Origin: Spirochaetia bacterium | GTDB taxonomy: Bacteria; Spirochaetota; Spirochaetia; UBA9216 | Assembly: GCA_965140585.1 (NCBI GenBank) | Contig: OZ223269.1 | Span: forward strand, 1,243,981 to 1,307,980 | Reading direction: 5' to 3' | DNA: 64,000 bases | In this document: piece after piece, positions 30,070 to 40,690 of the stretch | Position numbering within the stretch: the first letter of the stretch is position 1 | Layout of the letters: the number at the start of each line of letters is the position of its first letter | Notes under the pieces: generated by a model | Seen by the model: only the letters and a program-made list of their open reading frames with translations | Told to the model about the DNA's origin: nothing | Database searches by the model: none | Program-made: the position numbers and the translations under genes

Positions 30070-30198
30070 ACTTCAACATTACAAAATTGTAATGAACATC
30101 TGAGGTCTTTTTTTAAATCCGCCCTTGATCAAAGCTATAAAGCTAAGTAACTTTTTTATGATTCAATAAAATAAATACCATCTTTCAAGAGGCTGACT

Positions 30199-31134
30199 AT
30201 GATTAGTATTGAAAATCTTGTAAAGGAGTACGGCCAGACCAGAGCTGTTAGCGGCATCAACTTTGAGATACCGTCAGGCCAGGTCCTGGGACTGCTCGGT
30301 CCCAACGGTGCCGGTAAAAGTACAACTTTAAGGATCCTCACAGGATATCTGCAACCGACCTCCGGAACTATAAAAGTAAATGGAATTGATGTTACAGAGA
30401 ATCCTGTCGAGGTAAAGAAACTTATCGGATATCTTCCGGAATCCGCTCCGCTTTATCCGGACATGCTTGTTTTTGACTATCTAAACTATTCTTCCGATCT
30501 CCGTGGACTTGATAAGGACATGAAAAAGAAAAGAATCCGTGAACTTGCAGGACTCTGCGGAATCGGTGATGTAATGCACAAACCCATACGGACTCTTTCC
30601 AAGGGATATAAACAGAGGGTCGGACTTGCCCATGCACTCATGGATGATCCGGAAATCCTGGTGCTTGATGAACCTACATCGGGACTGGATCCGAACCAGA
30701 TCGTTGAAATCAGATCAATTATCAAGGATATCGGAAAGGAAAAGACCATAATCTTTTCTACCCATATTCTCAGTGAAGCGGAAGCTGCATGCAGCCGTGT
30801 AGTTATCATCAACAAGGGAAATGTTGCTGCAGACGGTCCGGTAGAAATGCTGAAGAGCGGCGAAAAGAATCGCCAGGTTATCGAACTCACAGTTAAGGGC
30901 GGCGACAAGGCCGAAGATCTGAATAATCTTTTCAGCGGTTCTGAGCTGTATTCGATTAACGACACCGTTTCCGCAACCGATTCAGTTACTGTTAAGCTGG
31001 CCTGCAGCGGCGACCAGCGCGAAGCCGTTTACGGACGGATCAAGGATTCTGATCTTGTACTGCTGGAAATGGTTCAGCAGAAACAGACTCTTGAGAATAT
31101 CTTCAGAGAACTTACCCGGGAGCAGAATGTATGA
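30199..31134 (+). CDS. ABC transporter ATP-binding protein (GldA-like)
   Basis: GPNGAGKST, LSKGYKQRVGLA, LDEPTSGLDP, STH. Confidence 0.92.
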   Translation: MISIENLVKEYGQTRAVSGINFEIPSGQVLGLLGPNGAGKSTTLRILTGYLQPTSGTIKVNGIDVTENPVEVKKLIGYLPESAPLYPDMLVFDYLNYSSDLRGLDKDMKKKRIRELAGLCGIGDVMHKPIRTLSKGYKQRVGLAHALMDDPEILVLDEPTSGLDPNQIVEIRSIIKDIGKEKTIIFSTHILSEAEAACSRVVIINKGNVAADGPVEMLKSGEKNRQVIELTVKGGDKAEDLNNLFSGSELYSINDTVSATDSVTVKLACSGDQREAVYGRIKDSDLVLLEMVQQKQTLENIFRELTREQNV

Positions 31135-31841
31135 AAGCGAAATCAATAAATACTATTTTCAGACGGGAACTAAAGTCATTTCTGCTTTCCCCGGCTGCTT
31201 ATATTGTTATGACAATCTACCTGGCACTTACAGGCTGGTTTTTCTTCTCAACTTTCTTTCTTGCAGGACGCGCAGATCTGAGAAGTTTCTTCAGCATGAT
31301 GCCTATTCTTTTTTCTTTTACTATTCCGGCAATTACAATGAGGCTCTTCGCTGAAGAATACAGTACCGGCTCCTTCGAGATGCTTAAAACCCAGCCGGTA
31401 ACAGGGGCTGATATTGTAGGCGGTAAATTTCTCTCCGCACTGGTTTTCATAATGATAATGATTGCGCCAACCCTTTTGTATGCAGTTTCGGTAAGCCTTG
31501 TTGGCAATGTTGATATGGGACCGGTAATCGGCGGATACATCGGCTCGATACTGATGGCCGGAACCTATGCCTCAATCGGCATACTGGCTTCATCAGCAAC
31601 AAGAAACCAGATAGTGGCTTTTATTATAAGCGCAGCGGTATGTATCTTCCTTTCGCTTATCGACCAGCTGATCTGGCTTATACCGGCCGGACTCGGCAAA
31701 GTGCTCTCACTTGCAGGAACAGCCTATCATTTTTCAAACATATCCAAAGGAATCATAGACTCAAGAGACCTTATCTACTTTGTTTCTGTAACATTCCTTG
31801 CGCTCTACGGTTCCTGGCTGCTTAACCGGGAAAAGAGATAG
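31131..31841 (+). CDS. ABC-2 permease (GldF-like)
   Basis: IPAITMRLFAEE, NQIVAFII, GIIDSRDLIYF. Confidence 0.88.
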   Translation: MKAKSINTIFRRELKSFLLSPAAYIVMTIYLALTGWFFFSTFFLAGRADLRSFFSMMPILFSFTIPAITMRLFAEEYSTGSFEMLKTQPVTGADIVGGKFLSALVFIMIMIAPTLLYAVSVSLVGNVDMGPVIGGYIGSILMAGTYASIGILASSATRNQIVAFIISAAVCIFLSLIDQLIWLIPAGLGKVLSLAGTAYHFSNISKGIIDSRDLIYFVSVTFLALYGSWLLNREKR

Positions 31842-31850
31842 GAGAATACT

Positions 31851-33989
31851 ATGAACAGAAAAAAAGAGCTTTTAAGATATGCGTTTTATGCGCTCGTAGT
31901 TATTCTGGTTAACGTGGCTTTTCAGACAATCTTCTTCAGAATTGATCTGACAGAAGGACGGAATTATTCACTTTCCGAAACCAGCAAAAACATGGTTCAG
32001 GAACTTGAAGAGCCTCTGACTATAAAGGTTTACATCAGCGAGGATCTTCCCTATCCGTATAACAATATTCAGCAGGATCTGAGTGATATACTTGAAGAGT
32101 ATTCAATCAACGGAAACAGGAACTTCAACTACGATGTTTATACGATAAAGAATCTCGATGAAGATAATTCAGCAGACAGTACAGAGATTGAAAAGGATGC
32201 CAAAGGCTATGGAATAAATCCTGTGCAGATTCAGAAACTTGAAGAAAGTGAACTGAAGATAGTTTCAGCCTACCGGGGAATAGTATTTATTCATGCCGAT
32301 ATGATTGAAACAATACCGGCAATCGAACCTGATGAAAACCTGGAATACCAGATTACATCAACTGTAATGAAGATGCAGGAAAAAACCAGCAAACTTCTTA
32401 GCCTTGATGAAGATATCAAGGTTAAACTTTATCTGTCCTCAGGAATACTGAATATGTCTGAAGACCTTATGAAATATCCCGAAGCACTTTCAGAGACTGT
32501 AGATTCGCTGAATAAAATAAACTATAACCGCATCAGTTTTGACTGGATAGATCCTGACAAAGAAGGAAACGGAAGCGAGCTGGCCGAGAAATACGGAATA
32601 CAGCCCTTTCAGCTGAAAGATAACAACGGAAACACAAGCAACCTGTATGCAAGCGGAGTCATTGAATACAAGAATGAATACCGGACATTTGACGCACTTT
32701 CACGCTCACTCTTCGGCTATTCCGTGCAGAACCCGGCAGATCTTGAAGACAGCCTTAACGGAGTGGTTGAAAAACTGATTGGCGTAGGTTCATCAATTGC
32801 CTGGCTCGCAGATCACGGTGCTATTCAGCCCTATTCATACAGCCAGCAGCAGTCTGCCGATCCTACTGCTCAGGCATTTGCCTCAAATCTTTCACAGCGC
32901 TACAGCATTAATCCCGTGAGTCTTTCATCACAGATAATTCCTGACGACGCAGGTGCACTTATTATTGTTAGACCGCAGCCCTACCAGCCCTTCACCGACT
33001 GGGAGCTGTACCAGATTGACCAGTACCTTATGAACGGAGGCTCCGTTGCGGTATTCATGGACTCATATATGGAGTACTACCAGCAGAATGATAACCCCTA
33101 CCAGCAGCAGCCTCCTATTTACATCCCCCGGAATACCGGACTTGAAAAACTGATTGAACACTACGGTGTAACAATCCAGCCTTCGTATGTACTTGATGAA
33201 AACTGCTATGTTCAGCGGCAGCAGGGTCAGAACGGCATAACCGAGGTTCCCATTTATTTTGCGCCCGAAATACCGCAGAACAAGATCAACACCGATCTTC
33301 CTTTTATGAAAGGTATAAACGGACTGATTATGCTCAACAGCTCACCTGTCAAGATTTCAGAGGAACTTCCTGAAGGGACAGAGGCGGAAATCCTCTTTTC
33401 TTCTTCCGATGACGCCTGGCTTATGGATGATCCTAAGAATATAAACCTATATAACCCGATGATGATGGCACCTCCGGCGGGAGCAGATTCAAGGTCAAGC
33501 TATCCGCTGGCCTGTATGCTCAGCGGTGAATTCACAAGCTACTACGCTGATAAGGATATTCCCCAGATGCCGGAACCCGAAGAGGGCGATGAGTCAGACA
33601 CTGAAGAGTACCTTATTGCAGCCGACCGGATGAGCAGAGCTGATTCAATTGTTAAAAGCACAGACCACGGAAAGCTCTTCGTCTTCGGTTCGACTATGGC
33701 TGTAACCGACAATATTATCGATGAACAGGGAGCTTCTCCCAATGCAGTGATGGTCTTCAATATAGTTGATGAGATGCTCGGAAAGGGCGATTATGCAGTA
33801 ATGCGCGGAAAGGGACTAAACTACAGCCCGCTGGATGAATCTACTCCGGCAGTAAAAACTTTCATCAAGACCTTCAACATGGTAATAATACCCGTACTGG
33901 TTATACTTGCAGGAATAATTATCTGGTTCAGGTGGCTGTCCAGACAGAAGAAGATTGCCGCTATGTTCAGGGAGGACGACAATGAATAA
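31851..33989 (+). CDS. GldG-like ABC auxiliary protein
   Basis: RIDLTEGRNYSLS, LEYQIT, IDQYLMNGG; N- and C-terminal TM helices. Confidence 0.85.
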   Translation: MNRKKELLRYAFYALVVILVNVAFQTIFFRIDLTEGRNYSLSETSKNMVQELEEPLTIKVYISEDLPYPYNNIQQDLSDILEEYSINGNRNFNYDVYTIKNLDEDNSADSTEIEKDAKGYGINPVQIQKLEESELKIVSAYRGIVFIHADMIETIPAIEPDENLEYQITSTVMKMQEKTSKLLSLDEDIKVKLYLSSGILNMSEDLMKYPEALSETVDSLNKINYNRISFDWIDPDKEGNGSELAEKYGIQPFQLKDNNGNTSNLYASGVIEYKNEYRTFDALSRSLFGYSVQNPADLEDSLNGVVEKLIGVGSSIAWLADHGAIQPYSYSQQQSADPTAQAFASNLSQRYSINPVSLSSQIIPDDAGALIIVRPQPYQPFTDWELYQIDQYLMNGGSVAVFMDSYMEYYQQNDNPYQQQPPIYIPRNTGLEKLIEHYGVTIQPSYVLDENCYVQRQQGQNGITEVPIYFAPEIPQNKINTDLPFMKGINGLIMLNSSPVKISEELPEGTEAEILFSSSDDAWLMDDPKNINLYNPMMMAPPAGADSRSSYPLACMLSGEFTSYYADKDIPQMPEPEEGDESDTEEYLIAADRMSRADSIVKSTDHGKLFVFGSTMAVTDNIIDEQGASPNAVMVFNIVDEMLGKGDYAVMRGKGLNYSPLDESTPAVKTFIKTFNMVIIPVLVILAGIIIWFRWLSRQKKIAAMFREDDNE

Positions 33990-34884
33990 GCTTAAAACAT
34001 ACAGAGAATTTATCATCCTTGCAGCAATTGCGCTCGTGCTTCTTGCATATATCATTTTCAGAAGCAGCGGAAATATTAACTACAAGCTTCCCGAAATAAA
34101 CAGTCTGGATAAGGACAGCATAAGCAGTATTACGATTGACGGGCAGGAAGCCAGCTATATCTTCGAGAAAGACGGAAAGGACTGGTATATCCAGCCGGAA
34201 AACTGGCTTGCCAATACATCAACAGTAAATACAATCCTCAACAGCCTGACCGAGATCAAGGTTGTCGATCTTATTTCGTCATCCGGCAATCCGGCGCTTT
34301 ACGAGCTTAGTGAAGATAAACGCTTTACGGTTAAAGCCTACATCGGAGACGATCTGGTTCGTGAATTGTATGTCGGAAAGGTTTCAAGTTCAGGCGTTTA
34401 CACCTATATTATGTTTCCCGGAGACGATAATGTATATTCAATCCGGGGAAGCCTGCCCTCAAGCGTAGGTTCAGGCAAGGAAGATATGAGAGAAATGCAG
34501 ATAATCAAACTGCAGAAATCGAATCTTCAGAAAATGACATTTACCACCACCGGCGGAGCAGCCAGGACTCTATACAAAGATGAAAACGAGCTCTGGGCAG
34601 AAGATGCGACGGAAGCCCAGCCTGATGCAGATCTAATTTCGAAGGCTGAAACCACCCTGACATCATTAAGAGCTACGAAGTATCTTTCCGATAAACCGGA
34701 AGGAAAACCTGAATGGACTGTAAGCCTTTCTACCGGCGATGAAGATATCAGCCTGCAGATATGGCCTGCAACTGAGGACGGGTATCCTGCATGGAGTTCA
34801 AGACGCGGATACAGCTTCATCATTTCAACTTATTCCGGTGAATCAATTCTAAAGGGATTCGGAGTGGAATTTCCTGAAGAATAG
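33982..34884 (+). CDS. DUF4340 domain protein
   Basis: N-terminal anchor; position after GldAFG-like genes. Confidence 0.72.
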   Translation: MNKLKTYREFIILAAIALVLLAYIIFRSSGNINYKLPEINSLDKDSISSITIDGQEASYIFEKDGKDWYIQPENWLANTSTVNTILNSLTEIKVVDLISSSGNPALYELSEDKRFTVKAYIGDDLVRELYVGKVSSSGVYTYIMFPGDDNVYSIRGSLPSSVGSGKEDMREMQIIKLQKSNLQKMTFTTTGGAARTLYKDENELWAEDATEAQPDADLISKAETTLTSLRATKYLSDKPEGKPEWTVSLSTGDEDISLQIWPATEDGYPAWSSRRGYSFIISTYSGESILKGFGVEFPEE

Positions 34885-34904
34885 ATCTTTATTATAAAGT
34901 TCAG

Positions 34905-34946
34905 AGAGCTGACTGAGTTCATTAGTGACAGGTCAGCTCTTTTTTT
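34905..34946 (+). terminator. Intrinsic terminator
   Basis: AGAGCTGAC...GTCAGCTCT-TTTTTT. Confidence 0.75.
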
Positions 34947-34993
34947 AAATAAAAATGTTGTGCATACTGTCTCTTTAAAATAGAATATCGGAT

Positions 34994-35992
34994 GTGAATC
35001 AATATCTTAAAACCGTAATACCCTCTGTTATTCTGGTGCTGCTGTTAATATCATCCGTAATAGGTTTCTCAGTTTTTGAAGATATTAATTATTTTGACGC
35101 ACTCTGGATGACTGTAACGACAGTACTAACAATAGGTTTCGGCGATGTAATTCCTACTACCGAAGCAGGAAAAATCTTTGCAATGTTCCTTGTCCCTGTA
35201 TGCATCATAATGTTTACCTACCTGATGGGGCAGATAATCGGAATAATTGTCGAGTTCAACATCTCACCGTACAAGCGGAGCAGAAGAATGGAAAAGAAAA
35301 TAAAAAGACTTAACAGACATATAATAGTCTGCGGCGTCGGCTCTATGACCCCGACCATAATTGAAAAGATGGTTCAGGAAAAGCAGGATTTTGTCCTTGT
35401 AGACAGCGACGAGCCCAAACTTGAACCCTATATTGATAAGTTTAAAGTAGTTGCCGGAGACCCGTGCGAGGAAGAAGTGCTTACCCGTGCCGGAATAGAT
35501 AAAGCCGGAGGGCTTATTACAACTAAAAACGATGCAGAGAATGTTCTGATCATCCTCACCGCAAGGGAAATGAATGCTGAACTTAATATCACTTCAAGTG
35601 CAGAAAAAGCGGAGAGTGAATCAAAACTGCGCAAGGCCGGAGCTGATAGGGTTATCAACCCCGAACGAATTGGCGGTACACGAATGGCCTTATCTGTACT
35701 GAAACCCGCAGCCCTTGATTATATGGATAATATGCTTACCTCAACTAATGAAAGTTTCAAGGTTGAAGAAGTGTTTCTTTCGGCAACTTCGAAGCTTCTT
35801 GGAAAGAGTCTCAAGGAAGCGGATATTCGAAGTAAATTCGAAATAAGTGTTATGGGAATAAAACGCAGCGGTCAGATTTATACATCAAATCTTGCAGATA
35901 CCAGGCTCTCTGAACATGACACTTTAATCGTATTCGGCCGGGAAGAGAACCTCGAGGAATTCAGAATAGCCACCCTTTCAGATCAGATTTAA
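34994..35992 (+). CDS. 2-TM potassium channel with RCK (TrkA-N/TrkA-C) domains
   Basis: Pore filter TTVLTIGFGD; HIIVCG, AGADRVINP. Confidence 0.92.
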   Translation: MNQYLKTVIPSVILVLLLISSVIGFSVFEDINYFDALWMTVTTVLTIGFGDVIPTTEAGKIFAMFLVPVCIIMFTYLMGQIIGIIVEFNISPYKRSRRMEKKIKRLNRHIIVCGVGSMTPTIIEKMVQEKQDFVLVDSDEPKLEPYIDKFKVVAGDPCEEEVLTRAGIDKAGGLITTKNDAENVLIILTAREMNAELNITSSAEKAESESKLRKAGADRVINPERIGGTRMALSVLKPAALDYMDNMLTSTNESFKVEEVFLSATSKLLGKSLKEADIRSKFEISVMGIKRSGQIYTSNLADTRLSEHDTLIVFGREENLEEFRIATLSDQI

Positions 35993-36001
35993 GGAGAAAG
36001 T

Positions 36002-36730
36002 ATGAAAGATTACCTCTCAGTTGCAAACAGCCCCCTGCTTTTCATCATTTCCGGTGCAGTTTTCGTTTTTATAACTGCACAGTCGATTATTTTTCTGGCA
36101 ACCGCCTGGAAGGAGGGAAAACGCCGGGGAATTGAACAAAGCAGAATGCTCAAGGCAGTTAAATCGAGTGCAGTTCTTGCTGTGGTTCCATCAATTCCAA
36201 TTGTAATTTCACTGATTGCAATGGCTCCGGTTCTGGGTATACCCTTTCCATGGATACGGCTGTCGGTACTCGGATCAGCATCATATGAGCTTATGGCTGC
36301 AGGAATGGGTGCCGAGGTGATGGGAATAAACGGTTTGGGCGGAGACGGATATACCGCCGAAGTATTTTCCAGCTCGGCCTGGATTATGACTCTGGGGACC
36401 ATCTCCGCGCCGGTGATTATCGTATTTTTTCTAAAAAAAATCTCATCAGGTTTTGACAAGGTTAAATCTAAGGATTCCAGCTGGATGCAAGCTCTCATTA
36501 TGGCAGCTTATATGGGACTGCTTGCAGTTTTTATAGGTCCGCCTATAACCCGCGGAGGTATACAGCTGGTCACACTCCTGACTGGTGCTGTGCTTATGCT
36601 TTTATCAACCATCATTGAGAAAAAATTTAAAGTTGCCTGGCTGAAGGAGTTTTCCCTTTCCATAAGCATGGTTGGAGCGATGGCCGCAGCTGCGCTTTTT
36701 TCAGCAATTTTTCAGGGAGGTCTTTCATGA
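36002..36730 (+). CDS. DUF5058 membrane protein
   Basis: VANSPLL, LGIPFPWIRLSVLGSASYE. Confidence 0.8.
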   Translation: MKDYLSVANSPLLFIISGAVFVFITAQSIIFLATAWKEGKRRGIEQSRMLKAVKSSAVLAVVPSIPIVISLIAMAPVLGIPFPWIRLSVLGSASYELMAAGMGAEVMGINGLGGDGYTAEVFSSSAWIMTLGTISAPVIIVFFLKKISSGFDKVKSKDSSWMQALIMAAYMGLLAVFIGPPITRGGIQLVTLLTGAVLMLLSTIIEKKFKVAWLKEFSLSISMVGAMAAAALFSAIFQGGLS

Positions 36731-37386
36731 ACAATACTATAAAAACAGATTTCAATGACAGAATACACCTTCTTGGACGAATAACAATGGGGACAGGAGC
36801 ATTGCTTCTGCTGAGCATACCGCTAATCATCAGCCTAAGATGGAATATTTTTCCTCCCCTGTTTAAAGTTCTTTCCGGGGTCTTAAGCCTGTCACTGATA
36901 ATGATACCTATGGCTTTTGCAGAAATCTTCACCTATGCGCCTATTCTGGGCAGCGGGGCAACATATCTGGGTTTTCTCACCGGCAACCTTTCAAACCTTA
37001 AAGTACCGGCAGCAGCAATGGCTCTTGAAATAACCGAAACAGACCCCGCCTCTGATGAGGCCGAGATAATCTCAATAATTTCTGTGGCAACAACGGCTAT
37101 TGTTTCTGCAGTGATAATTCTTCTGGGAGTTATTCTTATAGTCCCTCTCTCACCGGTACTGAACCAGCCTGCCCTGAAACCGGCCTTTGATAATGTACTG
37201 CCGGCACTGTTCGGTGCTCTTGGTGCATACTGGATCATGAAAAACTGGAAACTGTCGGTAACACCGCTTGTCATAACTATTCTGGTTTTCCTTATCACCG
37301 ATGTGCCAACATCTGCAATGATTCCGCTCAATGCCCTTCTCTCGGTACTTGCGGCAAGAATACTCTACAAGAAAGGAAAACTATGA
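36727..37386 (+). CDS. Membrane protein partnering DUF5058
   Basis: IHLLGR, EIFTYAPILG..ATYLGFLTGNLSNLKVPAA, LPALFGAL. Confidence 0.75.
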   Translation: MNNTIKTDFNDRIHLLGRITMGTGALLLLSIPLIISLRWNIFPPLFKVLSGVLSLSLIMIPMAFAEIFTYAPILGSGATYLGFLTGNLSNLKVPAAAMALEITETDPASDEAEIISIISVATTAIVSAVIILLGVILIVPLSPVLNQPALKPAFDNVLPALFGALGAYWIMKNWKLSVTPLVITILVFLITDVPTSAMIPLNALLSVLAARILYKKGKL

Positions 37387-38669
37387 GCACAAAATATTTA
37401 CTTACAAACTGCAATATTATAAACGGCAAAGCAGAAAGTGAAATCATCCGCAGCGGTGCGATCCTGATAGATTCAGACAGCGGAAATATTGATAAAATTT
37501 ATAAAACAGGCAGTAGTCCGGACTCTTCTGTAAGAGAAGCCCATGATCTTCTGGGGCAATGGATAATGCCCGGATTGATTAATTCGCACGCACATCTTAT
37601 TGCAAGCGGTAAGCCCAGCATTGGTGATAATTCAAATACCAGGCTGCTGCTTAAATTCCTTGCAAGCAGCGCAGGCAGAAAGCTTGCCAGAAGTATTATA
37701 AAAAAGAACATAAAAAACGCAGTAAACGCTGGCGTCACAACTATAAGAAGCCTTGGGGATCCGCTTTACTTAGATATTGATGTTAAAAAATCAATCAGTG
37801 AATCAAAAGAAGCATGGCCGCGGCTGCTCACCGCCGGGAAGCTTATATGCGCATCAGGCGGACACGGCGAGATGCTGACCCCGCTTACTGCGGATACCCC
37901 CTGGGAGGGCCGTAAAGCAGTGCGAATAAATGACAGTCACGGTTCTGATGTTATAAAACTGATAAGTACCGGAGGAGTCTCCGATGCCCGTAAGATTGGT
38001 GAGGCCGGGACTCCTCATATGACGGTTGAAGAGATTAGTGCAATATGTGATGAAGCTCACAGACGCGGACTGATGGTTGCGTGTCATGCTGAAAGCAGCC
38101 GAGGTGTTAAGGATGCACTTCTCGGCGGTGTTGACTCAATTGAACACGGTGCTGAGTTTGATTCAGATATGCTCAAGCTGTTTCTGAATAACCCTGAATC
38201 ACTTAGAGGTTATACAGCCTATGTTCCGACACTTTCCGCACCTGTAAAGATTTTTGAAAACAGCGCTGAGATCAAGGATTTTGATGAAATCAAACTTGCC
38301 AATGCAGCCCTTGTTATGGAAGGCCAGATTAAAGGATTTACACAGGCGCTTGAAGCCGGCGTACTTATCGGCTGCGGGACAGATTCAGGAGTTCCCTTTG
38401 TGTCTCACTATGATGTCTGGGAAGAACTTAAGCTCTTCATTGACAGAGGTGATGTCAGTGCAGCAAAGGCCATTGAGATGGCGACAATTGATTCAGCAAA
38501 AATCCTGGGGATAGAAGAGATAACGGGGACTATAGATGAGGGTAAATCTGCTGATATTATCGTATGCAGGGAAAATCCTCTTGAAAGTATCGAAACACTC
38601 TCGAATCCGGCCATGGTTATAGCAAAGGGGAAATTGATTAAATCACCGCATGTGAAGCCTTCATTCTGA
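37383..38669 (+). CDS. Metal-dependent amidohydrolase (prolidase/dipeptidase-like)
   Basis: MPGLINSHAH, GVTTIR, VIKL, CHAES, SIEHG, GTDSG. Confidence 0.88.
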   Translation: MSTKYLLTNCNIINGKAESEIIRSGAILIDSDSGNIDKIYKTGSSPDSSVREAHDLLGQWIMPGLINSHAHLIASGKPSIGDNSNTRLLLKFLASSAGRKLARSIIKKNIKNAVNAGVTTIRSLGDPLYLDIDVKKSISESKEAWPRLLTAGKLICASGGHGEMLTPLTADTPWEGRKAVRINDSHGSDVIKLISTGGVSDARKIGEAGTPHMTVEEISAICDEAHRRGLMVACHAESSRGVKDALLGGVDSIEHGAEFDSDMLKLFLNNPESLRGYTAYVPTLSAPVKIFENSAEIKDFDEIKLANAALVMEGQIKGFTQALEAGVLIGCGTDSGVPFVSHYDVWEELKLFIDRGDVSAAKAIEMATIDSAKILGIEEITGTIDEGKSADIIVCRENPLESIETLSNPAMVIAKGKLIKSPHVKPSF

Positions 38670-39662
38670 TCCGGTAACCCGGCTGAACATCTGTACAAAG
38701 TTCATTCCGGCTATTCCCTCAATTTCACTGTCGTTAAATCCTGCTTCTGAAAGCAGCTTAAGAAGAAGGCCGCTCATGGTTATACCGCTATATCCTTTCA
38801 TGTAGCCGGGAACCCCGTTAAAATCGGTTCCTATACAGATATTTTCTGCACCTATGGTTTTTCTTAGATGCAGGGCATATTTTTTAAAGGTTTCATGATC
38901 TGCAGTGCCCTTATTACGGCTGAAATAGGGCCATATTCCAACTAATCCACCGGTACCGGCAATTTTTTTCATCGCTTCGTCAGATATAAATCTTGGAAAG
39001 TCCTGCAGGGCACGGGGACCTGTATGCGAGCAGATTAAAGGTACTTTAGTGATATCACATGCATCGGCCACGGTAGGCTCATCCGCGTGGGACAAATCGA
39101 TTATTATTCCCCTTCTATTGCATATACTTACAAAATCACGGCCTTTACCGGTAAGACCGGTTCTTTCTTCTTCCTTGATCAACCTTCCGCGCCAGCCGAG
39201 ACCGACACTTCCCAGGCTGTTGATATTGTAATGCATTGGAGCAAGCAGCCTGACTCCCATCTGATAGACTGTATCAACTGCGGTAAAATCATCGTCTAAA
39301 AAATCACAGCCTTCCACCCCAAGAATAAAACCGCCAGTCGACTGATCATGAGCTTTCCTTATATCATCAGGAGAAAGAAATAGCTGCGCTCCCGACCTTT
39401 TTACTGATAAAATCAGCTTTTCAATCTGTTCGATAATAAGCTCAGGTGAATTGGTGTATCCGCGGATACCGTAGGAAGCAGGATCTCCGATCGCACTTAA
39501 AACACCGCCGGTTAGTCCGGCTTTTATTATCTGCCTTGGAGAACGGTCTTTCGGCATTCGAAAAAGACTTGCCGCACGCCATAAAAACGGCAGAAGTCCG
39601 GAATCATGGCCATGTGTATCAAAATATATGCGGCCTTTCATGTAATCACCGTAATTATTCAT
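38661..39662 (-). CDS. Membrane dipeptidase (M19 family); start uncertain
   Basis: DTHGHD, GVEG, GLTGKGR, IDLSH, CSH, GTDFNG. Confidence 0.85.
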   Translation of the reverse strand: MNNYGDYMKGRIYFDTHGHDSGLLPFLWRAASLFRMPKDRSPRQIIKAGLTGGVLSAIGDPASYGIRGYTNSPELIIEQIEKLILSVKRSGAQLFLSPDDIRKAHDQSTGGFILGVEGCDFLDDDFTAVDTVYQMGVRLLAPMHYNINSLGSVGLGWRGRLIKEEERTGLTGKGRDFVSICNRRGIIIDLSHADEPTVADACDITKVPLICSHTGPRALQDFPRFISDEAMKKIAGTGGLVGIWPYFSRNKGTADHETFKKYALHLRKTIGAENICIGTDFNGVPGYMKGYSGITMSGLLLKLLSEAGFNDSEIEGIAGMNFVQMFSRVTGSE

Positions 39663-40137
39663 TATTATCACTTTTCCTAATTTTCAGTATCAGTTCCAGT
39701 TCCACCGGAATATTAAATGGAAGACTTGCCGCTCCGATTGCCGATCGGGCGTGTAACCCGGCTTCTTTACCGAATAAATCAATCAGCAGTTCAGATGCCC
39801 CGTCGATCACAGCTGGCTGTTTTATAAAATCCTGTTCTGAATTTACAAAACCAGTCAGCTTCACAACTTTTTCAATTTTTTCAAGACTGCCGATATATTT
39901 TTCCGCTGTACTAAGCAGAGCCAGCACTGCATCACGCGCGCACTCTTTCCCCTGTTCAATGGTGACTGCACTTCCCAGTTTTCCGTAATATTTTAGTTTT
40001 GAAGGGTCAGCACCGCCGCAGCCAGAAAGGTACAGCAGACCATCACACTCCACGGCGGTAGAAAAAGCGCCCACAGAATCCGGGGCTTCAGGAAGTATGA
40101 ATCCTGCCTCATTCAGTTTTTCATAAATATTCTGCAT
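39655..40137 (-). CDS. RidA/YjgF-family protein
   Basis: VVKLTGFVNS, GASELL, HARSAIGAASLP. Confidence 0.9.
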   Translation of the reverse strand: MQNIYEKLNEAGFILPEAPDSVGAFSTAVECDGLLYLSGCGGADPSKLKYYGKLGSAVTIEQGKECARDAVLALLSTAEKYIGSLEKIEKVVKLTGFVNSEQDFIKQPAVIDGASELLIDLFGKEAGLHARSAIGAASLPFNIPVELELILKIRKSDNNE

Positions 40138-40189
40138 TTTACCAATATAGCATGTTTTTATGCTGAGTGGAAAAAAGGCGGTAACCTGC

Positions 40190-40690
40190 TTAAAGATAAT
40201 TTTTTAAAATCCGCCATTGCTTAAGTTTCAGGTCGAATTTCATTGTATTAGCCGGGCTTGTAGACGGCATTACCTGATAATAGATTCCCGAATCACTTAA
40301 GGAGTTTAATCCAATGTTTTTTTTAAAGGATGCGGCAGCCTTCTGACCGTTAAAGAACAGGGCCTGTATCTTAGGATATTCATTTAACAGTCCGGTGATA
40401 TTATTAGGATTTTCATTTTTAATATTTGTATCAAGGCTGCCTTTCCGTTCACAGCTCTCGATAACATCCCATAAAGCTATTCCAAGCGAAAGCAGTTTTT
40501 TCTTCCTGCTTTCATATTCAATATCAAAATCAACGCCTGAAATTTCGGTCATAATTCTCCAGAAATAATTACGGGGATAACCATAATACTGCTGCAGCCT
40601 TAATGATTCTTCTCCGGGCATCGAGCCCAGAATAAGTATCTTTGATTCTGAATTAATCACCGGCAGAAGCGATCTCTTTAAATCATTCAA
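40190..40690 (-). CDS. DNA-deoxyinosine glycosylase (UDG family 6)
   Basis: LILGSMPG..SL..QQYY..PRNYFW, LWDVI, GSLD, FNG, PSTSPAN. Confidence 0.88.
   Translation of the reverse strand: MNDLKRSLLPVINSESKILILGSMPGEESLRLQQYYGYPRNYFWRIMTEISGVDFDIEYESRKKKLLSLGIALWDVIESCERKGSLDTNIKNENPNNITGLLNEYPKIQALFFNGQKAAASFKKNIGLNSLSDSGIYYQVMPSTSPANTMKFDLKLKQWRILKNYL

Noticed and set aside
35120-35150. K+ channel filter TIGFGD instead of TVGYGD
   Set aside because: GFG is a known functional filter variant.
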